Shown: positions 53,200 to 64,000 of the stretch, one piece after another
Layout of the letters: each line of letters begins with the position of its first letter
How positions within the stretch are numbered: position 1 is the first letter of the stretch
NCBI GenBank assembly: GCA_010909165.1
Contig: MU008168.1
Location: forward strand, 682,001 to 746,000
Reading direction: 5' to 3'
From: Anthoceros angustus
Lineage: Eukaryota; Plantae; Anthocerotophyta
DNA: 64,000 nt
Made by a program: the position numbers and the translations under genes
The notes under the pieces: model-generated
Seen by the model: the letters and a program-made list of their open reading frames with translations, nothing else
The model's database searches: none
What the model was told of the DNA's origin: nothing

Positions 53200-56100
53200 A
53201 GTACAGAGAGCCGGACAAGGATCCTTTGCACTGTTAGGGTTAGCGGTCCCCACTTACACCTTGTGCAGTGACTGATAAGGAGGAGCAGGGGCCAGTGGGG
53301 TGGGAGTGCACCGGAGGGTCGGGATTAGGCCTTTCCTCGGGCTCGCATTTATCATGTAAGACCCAAGAGGACCGTCTGGTGATTCGACACGATGGAAGGA
53401 GGGCCAAATGGCTGAAATTCTCGGCAGCCAGAACACAATCGTTGAGGGATTTTAGGCTGAGTCAATGAGGCAATTAGTAGGGTCAAGTTCAAACATGGGC
53501 GCGATAACCACCTCTACATGTTCGAACAACTATCGATACATGGTCGATGAGGCCTGGATTTGTATCACCAAGCGTGACCTCAACTACGGCCGCCTCCAAT
53601 CCATTATTCCAAGGGCACCGCAGATGGCTCTGCCAAGCTGGGGCGTGGCGACCCCACCGAGCCATATCCGCAGCATCGCCGCCATTTGCCGCCCACCGTG
53701 ACCTCCTCACGGCCACAGAGAGGACAACACCACGAGGGATTGATGAATTCATACACACCCCCAAATATGCCAACCTGGAAGAGTTCATGAAGATCCTCGA
53801 GAAGGCTTTTCCACTCAAGACTCCCGAGAAGATTGCCGGCAAGCTTTGCACGCCGGAAAGGGAGACAGGATGTTTCCGTAGGCTGCAAAAGCTGCGAGAT
53901 GGGACCTGCATGCTCTGCACCAAGAAGCGGAGAAATTCCTCACACCCTTGAGGGTGATCACCGTTTCATTTCCACCGTTGTCCTCACTTGTGGATAAGTA
54001 TGGCCTATACTTTTTGCAGGTACATGAGGAAGCGGAGAAGAAAGAGATTGCTTACTGCCTTCTCCTCCAAGCATTCCAAGGCCTTCCACCATTATCAAGG
54101 CATGTTTTCAAGCAAGCCGCCTCGGGGAACTTCTTCAAGGACTACACCTAAGCCACCAAGGAGCAAGCAGTGATCGCACCGCTACAATCACCATGTGCAA
54201 CCATTGTGGCCCCGAGCACCGACTGCAAGTGCACCGGCCTCTTTGCACTCATTGTCAAAAGAATGGTCATGTGAGCACCGTGTGCTTTCAACTTCACCCC
54301 GAGAGGAGATAGAAGTCGGCATCACCGGAGATGCTACTAGCATCAAGACAGGAGCAACTCGCACTGGGGACTCTAAGAGCAAGCAATGAGGAGAAAGCGA
54401 AGCCAAGGTTGAAACGCGACAAGATGACGCCGCCGGAGGCCACGGTGGCCGCCTTGGTGTGGCACGCCGCCACAACCAGCTGGTGGAGCTAAGCCCGCAT
54501 GGGTCAGGTTCTGATGAAACAATGGAGAAGATTATGGACACCCACATGAGGTGTTGATGTAGCTCTGCCTCGTGACAAGCTAAGGGAAGATGTGCCGCCT
54601 ACATGGGTTGGGCATGCCATTAATCTTGGCGGGACATCGTGTTAGCAAATGCAGGCCCATCACTGCAGGGAGCAAGGGCAGCAATGCCTCAATCCTTTAT
54701 GCCCCTTACACTGAACCGCCATCCCATTAGGGGATACATCTTCACTCCGGTGAAGACAGAGCCAATGCAGAGAGATGAGGCAGCCTTTAGGGCAATTGTA
54801 CATGATGCCCCTTTGGTCACACATGAGCAGGCAAAGACGGTTGTTGCAGCACCATTAATGTCCTTGCAGGACATGGGCATGACCAGGAACGCTCCAAAGA
54901 ATCACGGAACGTGGAAGTCGTTGCTCATGTGCCGAGATTTGGTAGTCGTCCGGGGACTTGTTCCTTTCCGGATCACCGTTAGTAAGCCGGGAGCCCGTGG
55001 ATGCTTCCATTGCAAATGACCGCATGATCGAATTTCCAATGGTGCGGAGCATCCACGCATCCAAAATTACCAACAGCCGCGAATGCGAGTGAGTAACGCA
55101 GGGTAGACAACCGAGAGGGACGGGTCATCACAACTACTGCACCTGTGGTGTGGATACGGGCGCACGGCCATTATAGGCAGTCAAGACGGCTTGGTTTGCG
55201 TGGAGAAGCACTTGAAATCCCCATGGAACATCCGCACCTGGGGCTGGAGCCTGTGTGGCGAGACTCGTGCACATCACATTGAATCCAGCTCATCGGATGC
55301 CATGACCATGTCTCTGCGTGCTTGGTGACCACGGCCACAAACTACGACCGCTAGATGAGTTTCTTTTCCCACCGGGCGAGGAGTGGATAATTGACGAGCA
55401 GCCTTCTATCGGCTGACCGGCAGCAGGAGGAGCCTAGCACATATTCCCTTGACTTGCAGGTGGCCACAGATCACACGTTAGTGGCCATGCTAGCAAGGAG
55501 CCCGTCCTGCTGGAAGCTAGTCCAAGATGCTAACCAGCAAGATGCACAATCTTGAAGCGATGACGCCATTCCCATCCATGGATCTCACAGCTTGCAACAT
55601 GCCCTTGCACAACCCGATCATCCAGAAAGTGCTCACGCTACTGAAAGATGTAAGAGATGAAAAGCAGTGATGCACTGTTGGATTCAGTGTTAACCACCCA
55701 CTCAAGATCGAAAGGCCGGATCACAATGTGATTACATGGGCGCCATCGTTCGGACACGACGGTAGAACTCTTTGGCGGGATCTGCATCGGGCCGAGGCTC
55801 TCTTGATGATCGATCGTCATGCCGATACGTGTGTGTGATGTCACAAAGACGCCAGTGTGAGTTCAGCCGCGGGCGCATGAGCGTTTTCCACAAAGAATCG
55901 CCTTGGAGGCCTATCATGCTTTCACCGCCTACCGCAGGATGTCCACATTCAAGAAGGCCACATTGCCTTGGGAAATGTGGATATGGTGATTGCCGGCCGG
56001 AATGCTGTGGGTTCTCCTGCCGGGCATGGAGTGGTCTACAAGATGCACGCTGTGGTCATTTCTACATCAGTCCTCACATGGGCTCAATACAACCCGCTGT

Positions 56101-59100
56101 GCTTACCTCCTTGAGAATACACCGGCGCAATTGACACAGAGCACATGTGCAACAGACATGGATTATGCCGGGCCTCCCATCCCGTTAGATGCGGCCTGTG
56201 GGCGCTTTGCTCACCGAGGAATTATCGACCAACTTGGTCCTCGCGCCGGCTTGCGTGGCACACACGGACCCGCCCTTGCAGCTTCAATCAGGCCGGAGGA
56301 TCATCACCAGCCAGGCTTGTTACCGCCTGAGCGTGCGCCTTGGTTCAAAACCAACACAGCGACCTCGGCGAGACTACGCCTGTTAGTTAGCTTTCGAGTT
56401 CATTCGCCTAGGGGACAGGTGCTGTTGAACACCAACACGCAGGAGGAACCCACGGGCCGGAGGAACGCATTATGGGCTTTCACCCCCAGCCTCTACTACA
56501 TACACAACAGAAGCGGTTTCTAGGCGAGAGCCATGGATGTTCACGCACTCACGTGGTTAGTGAGTTTTTCACCCACGCCCGCTGGCAGCCATGGTACCAG
56601 CCCATCCAGATGTGTCCAATGACGCAGCTTCATCTCCCTTTTCCGGATATGCATACATGCCTTCGGCCGGATGGGGGTGGAGCAGTCCGGTGGCGCCCCT
56701 GTGCTTTTTCGCCTCCACCACCAGAGAGCGCTTAGATGATCCAGTCCCGCAAAGCCTAAGCTAAATGCCGAGACTTTCCTGGCGCATGGGGATGGACAGA
56801 TGGGCGTAAGACACGCATCCACACTCTCGCTCAAGTATCGGGGCTTTGCCTTTACCATGAAGGACCTCCGCAATGTGATCAGATTGGATCAACTCGACCA
56901 GAAGTGAGCCCATCTACCGGCGCCGCTACAGTTGAGCAAGACGGAGGGGAGATGGTCGATGCTAGGTGTCGTGAGCTTCTTGAAGGTGGCTTATCCGGCT
57001 ATCCAAAGAATATTATGCGCGCAAAGAATCGTCATGCCAAGAAGGATGCCAAGGGTGGACGGAGAACGGATGTGGGGACTATCGTCCCATCAATGCCGTC
57101 ACAGCAGGATCGGTACCCAATGCCGACCGGAGGAGATATTTGTGACATTGGGCTCTGTCTTCTTCTCTACTTTGGACCTTCGATGGTTTTAACCAGATTC
57201 CGCGTAAGAGGACATCAAGAAGACCGCGTTCACGGGTCCCAACATGGAATGGCTGGTGATGCCATTCGGTTCAAGAACGCACCCGCACTTTTCGGATGGA
57301 TCCGGTTTTAGGATGTGCCAACTTGTTGTGCTATATCGACCGGGTTCACAAGACGCCTTTGAGGATCACCGGCACACTTAGAGGAGCTGTTCCGTAGGCT
57401 AAGGAAGGCAGAGCTCACATGTCACCCGTCCAAATGTGAATTTGGAATGAACGGTGGCATATTTAGGTCACGTAATCGTGCCTAACGGGTGATGCCCACT
57501 CACCAAGGTACAGCTATCCCAGTGAAGGAGCCCACCAACGCGTCGCCCGTGCCTTTCTTGGGTTATGCAACTATTATAGGTTTACATTAATTTCAGCCAA
57601 TTGTAAACCCTTGAATGACATGTTGAGGAAAGACGTGGAATGGGCATGGATGAGTTGGCGCAGCAAGCTTTTGACATGTTGAAGGAGCAATTGACCAGGT
57701 CATGGCATGGCTAGGCGATTTTAGCAAGCCATTTGTGTTACACACCGATTGAGTCTGCGGGACTTGGGCGGTGCTTGCACAAGAGGATGAGCAGGCAAGG
57801 AGCGCGTGATCGCTTATGCCTCGAGGAGTAATAACCGAGCGGAGGCCACCATGCAGCCTATGAGGGGAGTGCCTCGCTGTTTGGGCCGTTGCCACTTCCG
57901 CCCATATTTGTATGGTGGTCAGCTGTTAGTGATCGATCATCGCCCATTGAAATGGCTGATGACTAACACAAAATTGAGTGGGTCGGCTCACGGGCCATGA
58001 TACTTCAAGATTATGACTTCCTTGTGGAGCACAGCCGAGTGACACACCAAAATGACATGCTATCTAGAAATCCGGACAGACCGCAGTGATGTCACCGAGG
58101 CAAAGGACCATGAGGAGGAGATTGGTGCGATGTCATGTCGCCTTCTTGTTGCCATGACCGCCTTGGATGATTGTTTGTCGCTCAAATTTAATGCAAAGGA
58201 CATTTGGGAAGATGTGAATGCTCTTGATTTGCGGACAGTATGGGCGAGGCCTGGACCCGGTGGAAAGAACAGCAGTGCAGCGTCAAAAAAGACTGGCGTG
58301 ATGGCTACATGATTCGCAAGTCGGGCAATGGTGTCGAGCGCTTGGTGCCACCACCGTGATAGGGGTCGACTGACACGCCGGGTGCACGACATGGTCACTT
58401 TGGTGTGAAGCGGACTTACCGCTCACACCTCATTTTTATTGGTATGGGATGCACAACCAAAGTGCGAATGTGGGCTCCGTGAGCCTTGTGACCGAGTCAA
58501 GGCCTCCTTTACTATGCAAAGACCTTCTCCACCCTCGCCCATCATGGGCTTGTTCTTTCAGTCCTGCGACCTCATTGGAGAATTGACTAGGACGCCGAGA
58601 GGCAATGTCTACATACTTGTCATGATGGAGCATTTCTCCAAATGGGTGGAGGTTGTGGCTCTATCGATAAGTCCTCAAGCACGCCCTGCATTTTTGCACA
58701 CGTGCTTAGCGGTAGCTGTGCCGAGTGCCCCGACCCACTGTGGCTCGAGTTTAGAGGGAATTTCGTGACCTTTTAGATGTTGCGCTTATCGATCACAGGC
58801 GGACTAGCGGGACCATCCTCGGTGATGGCTGGGAAAGGATGGTCCGACCATCAAAAAGTGAGAAAGTTATGCTTGCGTGGAAAGGAGGATTGGGACCTCA
58901 TGCGCCCTACATCGCTATGGGCTACCGCATGAGTAAACATGCACCTTGGCACACTTCTCCTTACTTGCTTTTGGTCGTGAGCCGGTCGAGTACAATAGCT
59001 AAGAAGATGCAGGAGGAGGTTGATGATCCCGCCACATGGGCTCGAGTGATTGGGGAGCGGGGCATGCTATTTCGGAGTTATGCCAATGGCTATGGCCAAC

Positions 59101-59520
59101 CTCAACATAGCTCAAGACCGGATTCCTTACGGTATGACACCACATGGTCATTCAGCCCAAGTCAAGAAATTCCAGATTGGGGATTTCGATACTTGCAAAG
59201 GCAAACTGGACACCTTGACATGCCAGCGCAGACATGTCGAGGGTGCGAAGTTAGGCCCAATGGAGTGCTGATTTTGCGGGGCTCGGATGGTAGGACTATT
59301 GCACCATACCAAGAACCGTGCCCGCCACTTACCTAATTTGGACCCCATGATAACAACAGCTGGATTCCACCGCACTACCCGCGTTTGTGGGAGGATGATG
59401 AGGAGCTTATGCTTCTCGTGGATGCAATGGGGTTTTCATTTGTTTTGCCTTACCCCTCCGCCGCAGTCGCTCGAGCAACTCGTATTGTGCAAAGTGTGCT
59501 GGAAATGCTGTGGATGACTG
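53200..59520 (+). CDS. Second gag-pol copy (frameshifted), with C5-MTase at ~55760-56560 and PHD remnant at ~59375-59510
   Basis: Colinear with copy 1: VELFGGICIG at 55762, DMVIAG..EC.GFS ~55980, AYLLENT ~56101, AMDVHALTWL ~56530. Confidence 0.85.
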
Positions 59521-60511
59521 TTTGGATTTTACCATGTGATGTTTACGGTGTGATGGAATTGTGTGGACCTTTTGTTTTGCTAGACGCACCAGCTTTCCAT
59601 TGTGAATGCGGCTGCAGGAGTTCTAGGATTCTTGCTGGCCTCATTCTTGGTTCCATGTGGCATTTGTTTCAAAGACGCTGATGCCTTGTTTCTTTCTTTT
59701 TCCGATTGTTTCCGCCCGTCCATCACCGGGGTAGCATAGGTAGAATTTTAGCACTTTTCTTTTGTTTGGCCTCGACAGCCCTCTTTTCCCTTGCAGTGAA
59801 GGCGGGTGAAAACCAGAAGAAGTGTGAGCAAGTCGGGTTTTCATACCGACAAATGATGAAGACGCACCGACGTGAAACGATGCTAGGAACTAACTCTTAG
59901 AAGCTAGGGCTTAGCAAGTAGGTTTTGTTAGCTTAGTTTAATCTTGGTACCGATAATTACTAAAATGCCCTTAAACAGAAAGTCGGAAATAACCCAAAAT
60001 GGCCAAGCTTGGGCGGTCTCCCTCTCACACGTGGGAGAAAGCATATGATCACTCCAATCCAAGAGGATGCCGGCACCAAGAGTGTGGTGCCCACTGCATC
60101 ACGACGCAAGGTGGTTGCAAGGCGGTTATGAGCACAAGACCAAGGCGGCGGTGGAAGGCGATTGTCGAAGTCCCTAGGAGGAACGCTAGTGAACACACGC
60201 AATTTTGTTGTTGTCAATTTCTAGGTCAGAATGCAAAGACTGTGTGTGTATGTCGCCAAGATTGTGGCAATGTGTGTAATGTGCGTGTTCGCGGGACTTA
60301 TCACTCTAGGCACGTGTAGGGCAGCCCTTTAATTTTCTCGGGAGTGAGCATCGACATGTGAGCATGTCTGGGGTAGAATTTTAGCACTTTTCTTTTGTTT
60401 GGCCGGACAGAGTCTTTTCCCTTGCAGCTGAAGGCCGGGTGAAAACCAGGAAGAAGTGTGAGCAAGCTGCTGGTTTTGCGCTGCGCTGACAGCTGATGAA
60501 GACGCACGACA

Positions 60512-60650
60512 TCCCTAGTTAGTAGATGCGTTCACCCATCTCCTCTTTCTTAGAGTGCTGGAGATGCATCCTCAACTAGTTCAATAATATGGAAGTCATT
60601 AAATCTCCCTAGTTAGTAGATGCGTTCACCCATCTCCTCTTTCTTAAATA
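60512..60650. repeat. ~97-bp tandem duplication of the target region, containing an uninterrupted empty site
   Basis: 60553-60648 reads gagtgctggagatgcatcc...cattaaatcTCCCTagttagtagatgcg..., i.e. left flank (43607-43664) joined to right flank (60512-60552). Confidence 0.9.
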
Positions 60651-60679
60651 AAAACTTACTCTAGTTACTACTTAGCTAA

Positions 60680-61560
60680 GTAATCTTGGAAGCCGCCACT
60701 GTAGCTGCCTCTCCCTTGGAATCTTAGCCGCAGGAGCTTGGCTGTTGGCTCGTCTATGCATAAAAGGATTTCACATCACACCTATAATTACTACACTTAT
60801 GTGCTTCTGCCTGGGCTTGGTTCCGCCAGTGGCTTCCTCACTTCTTACCTCTGAGCGGAGAGAGGCTCTCTTGGGCCTTGGAATGAAAGGGTCCAAAAGG
60901 ATATATGGACTGGAAAGCCTAGTTGAATTAGATGTCGAGCAAGGATGCCTGCAACTCCATGAAATTGCCGGTGAGGAAAGTCATGAAAGAAGGGATGAGC
61001 TTCCTTGCATCCGTTGATAACAAGTCCCTAGCTTGGCTCAGGGACACGAGAAGAGGGAGAGTTCGCTCATCAACTCCTGACATAAAGTCCTTCAAAAAGG
61101 GCTCGTTGTGTAGCAAGAAACGGGAGGCCAGAGCAAAGGCAGACAAAACCTAGCTGCCCCAAAACGCTGCAGGCAAGGATTTCTTCATGAAAACCAGACC
61201 TGTTCCGTCATAAGCCATAGGCAAGGATGCTTGCTGACATATCATATTGTCAGGTAGATACTCAAAAGCCTATGGGCCTGGGATGTCTCCCAAGACATCC
61301 ATGGTCTTCTTGTTGAACTCCTTTAGGCATGAGAGAAGAACCAGAGAAGAAGGCAATGTGCGGATAAGGTAACATGGGCGTTTGGCAAAGCATGAGGAGA
61401 GAATGCCAAAAGGCACCTACAGATGCTCCAAAAATGTTAAATTAGTGTCACATGTCATGAGAGGGTACAGCAAGCTTTCCAAAATAATCAAAAACTCGTT
61501 CTACATCCAACACCAGTGCATGCTTGATAGAATAGGCTACATGAAAGAGCATGATCACAA
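60680..61560 (-). mobile_element. Degenerate CRE-like RT / post-RT fragment
   Basis: VPFG, CFAKRPCYLIRTLPSS, QQASLPM, PAAFWGS*, LASRFL...ARDLLS...LQASLLD; homologous to 4900-5330. Confidence 0.65.
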
Positions 61561-62990
61561 AGCTAACCAATACAAGAACGTACGTCAAGAGAACCACATA
61601 CTTCCTAACATGCGAAGTAGATTTCAGCGTCGCCTATGGAGAGAAAATTACATCCAAAATTACGGTCAGAGTTATTAACATGTGCATAGTATTCTTTTTA
61701 TTAAATACATCAGCATATTTTTTTTTTCTTCTATCCAGTCATTCATGATCAGTAGGCTCACAACCAAATACTTGATAAAAACAATTGCTCCGGCTGTATG
61801 CCATAACTACTGCTTCTTACTGCCCCAATTGTAGGCCCAAAACCCTTTTTGGGTTCCCTGTCCGACCTGGAAATGGTGAATTCCGAAGGCCATGGAGTGG
61901 CCGTGGGAAGCTCGGCTTCCACCCCGGCCCAGAACTCTAAAGCTATGCACTATGACTCCTAGATGTTACAATGACCATACCGCTCGTTGTCATGCAAACG
62001 CCAATGCGCCCCGCTCGCTTCATTCTCCTCCGATTTCAAGATTCTCCTACTGGTAGATCATCCCCAATTCAACACCATAGCACTACTATTGAAAGATCTC
62101 TTCTTGTGGTGGTAGCTGGAGTGAGATCTACCCTTCACGTATTATTATCCTTTGCACATCGAACAATATTTCGCATAAGACTTCTCCATTTAGTCAACTT
62201 AGTTGATTAATTTATTTACAATCATAATTATATTTTTCTTTGCACTCTTCAACCACTCTCTAAAGGTGACAATGTACGTTCACAATTGTTGCTCCTTGTT
62301 GAAATATTTAAAGTAATTTCTTAAAATTAATCTCAATAAAATGATGTATCTTTGATGATCCAATTTCACGCCTAGATACCGAGTAGGTCTCTTCACTCCA
62401 TGGTGTTATAGCATTCAAAAGAAAGGTATGACCATAAGATTCAAGGTGTCTAACTCACCATGCCCGTGGTGGGTTAGAGAGCTTGAAAATCTAACTCAAT
62501 TAACTTTATAACTTATATCTAAAGTAATTTCTTACGGAGTTTAGAATTGTCTTTGAGGTTCCAAACTCACTAAAGAATTATTCTGCATTAAGTTAGTAAG
62601 TTAATTGGGAGGAATTGAGGCACATACTTACTCTAAAAGAAAATATAGAGATATGGAAGGAAGTTTGGTTTTGTTCAAGTCAATTATCAATCATTCTACA
62701 AAGAAATAATCCACCACTATCGACACTATGGTAAAGAAATTAGACAGGCTAAGACACTATGGTAAAGAAATTATACAGCCTAAAACATGTTGAAGATGAC
62801 ACTGCTAAAGGTTGTTGCATCGGTAAGACAAGGTTATAATTTGAATCCACACAATCCTCCGCAAACCACTGGAATGCCTCCAAACTCAAAGGGAGATTGA
62901 TATTAGTACTTACCTTAATGAAGATTTTATTGAAGAACCGGAGCTTTGTGCATAGATGAACAATACATCATTAAAAAAAACTAGTTGCCA

Positions 62991-63200
62991 AAACGCCAAA
63001 CCCTAAATGCCACACTGCAAGCTGCAAACGCCAAACGCCAAACGCCAAACGCCAAACGCCAAACGCCAAACGCCAAAGCCCAAACATTGAATCCAAACCC
63101 CAAACATTAAATCGAAACCCCAAACGCCAAACCCCAAAGCCCAAACATTAAATCCAAACCCCAAACATTAAATCGAAACCCCAAAAGCCAAACACCAAAT
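62991..63200. repeat. Degenerate heptamer array (AAACGCC)7 plus AAACCCC/AAAGCCC variants
   Basis: Seven perfect AAACGCC units at 63026-63074, followed by aaaccccaaacattaaatc repeats. Confidence 0.9.
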
Positions 63201-64000
63201 ACCAACAACATACCAAACATTAAATACAAAATTAATACTAATAATTACTTAATTGATATAGATTCTTAGAATAACTATGCTAGTTACTTATATTGAATAA
63301 TAAATATCTAGAATCATTAGTATTCATCAATCATTAAACTAAACTTTAAATTAGTGTCACATGGCATGATAGCTTGCAGCCTTCCCAAGGAAGCAGTGTA
63401 AGCATGCCCAACCTAATAGCTTCCAGCTTTCTAAAGGAGTGTGAAAGCATGTCTAACCGACTCGAGTGTTTGTGATCTTTACATGATAGTGAGTGCAACC
63501 TATTACATGAGCACTAATCAAAGCTTAAAAGCATATAATATTCTATATGATATGAAAACTTACGCGATAAAAGACAACATACATCAACGAACATAAAATT
63601 ACTCAAAATTTTGATTTCTACTAGTATCATGTTTAAGAAACCTCACAAAATACAAAAATAGCCCTTTTTCAAAAATCATGGTGTGAGGAAGGTTACGGCC
63701 TTGTAGATGGAGTTCATTCTTAGCTAGACATTGTAAAGAAAGTTGTCGCTACTCGTGATTACGACGATAAAACCAACAATACTGTAGTTGATAGTAGTAA
63801 GCGCGAATCCAGAGCAGCAGTAACACGAAGTGGACATGGAGCCCAGTCAATTGACAAATTATGTGGAGGATTCATTTCACATAGCATAGGAGCGAAGAAG
63901 GACCTAGAATTTTATTAAGTGATGATGTCGCCTTGGTCAACTAGCTAGTTTGAAGGATATGAATATAGTACCTAACATTGAAGTCCAATCACCTAGATTG

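Larger units (their letters stand above)
43664..60511 (+). mobile_element. Tandem array of a Ty3/Gypsy-like element with C5-methyltransferase and PHD domains; order A-I-B-A-I-B-A-B
   Basis: Units 43664-51881 and 51882-59868. A repeat at 43664-44189, 51882-52388, 59869-60369. B repeat at ~51740-51880, ~59730-59868, 60370-60511. Ends TGACGTG...CACGACA; flanked by TCCC(T). Confidence 0.9.

Noticed and set aside
43664-60511. DIRS/PAT/Ngaro (tyrosine recombinase) identity, suggested by split repeats and a methylase
   Set aside because: No R-H-R-Y recombinase motifs seen. There is an HHCC/DDE integrase, an aspartic protease and a TSD, and the methylase motifs are C5-type, not adenine-type.
62991-63200. 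True telomere or chromosome end
   Set aside because: The units are not canonical TTTAGGG arrays and unique sequence continues beyond them.

Overview
Eukaryotic DNA, most likely a compact, intron-containing non-seed land plant genome (the host is inferred from gene families). Five or six host genes sit among nested retroelements. The host genes are an SDR pseudogene, a CUE/coiled-coil gene with a partial tandem copy, a probable Pol I TAF1A-like gene, a CaMK-like kinase, a UPF0739/DUF4504-like gene and a CYP85-clan P450. The main feature is a tandem pair of ~8 kb Ty3/Gypsy-like elements at 43664-60511. Their polyprotein reads gag(2x CCHC)-protease-C5 DNA cytosine methyltransferase-RT-RNase H-DDE integrase-PHD finger. 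The termini are arranged A-I-B-A-I-B-A-B, like split direct repeats rather than ordinary LTRs, and are flanked by a TCCC(T) target-site duplication. The pair sits in the 3' end of a CRE-like non-LTR retrotransposon. A diverged relative at the left edge appears to sit at nearly the same position of another CRE-like element. Also present: a gag-only Copia-like dimer with non-canonical LTR ends, a ~645-bp foldback, a (TTC)n-tailed short repeat family and further LTR remnants. Multi-copy regions carry many indels while single-copy genes read mostly cleanly, so many frameshifts may be assembly errors. All domain calls are by-eye motif recognition; no searches were run.
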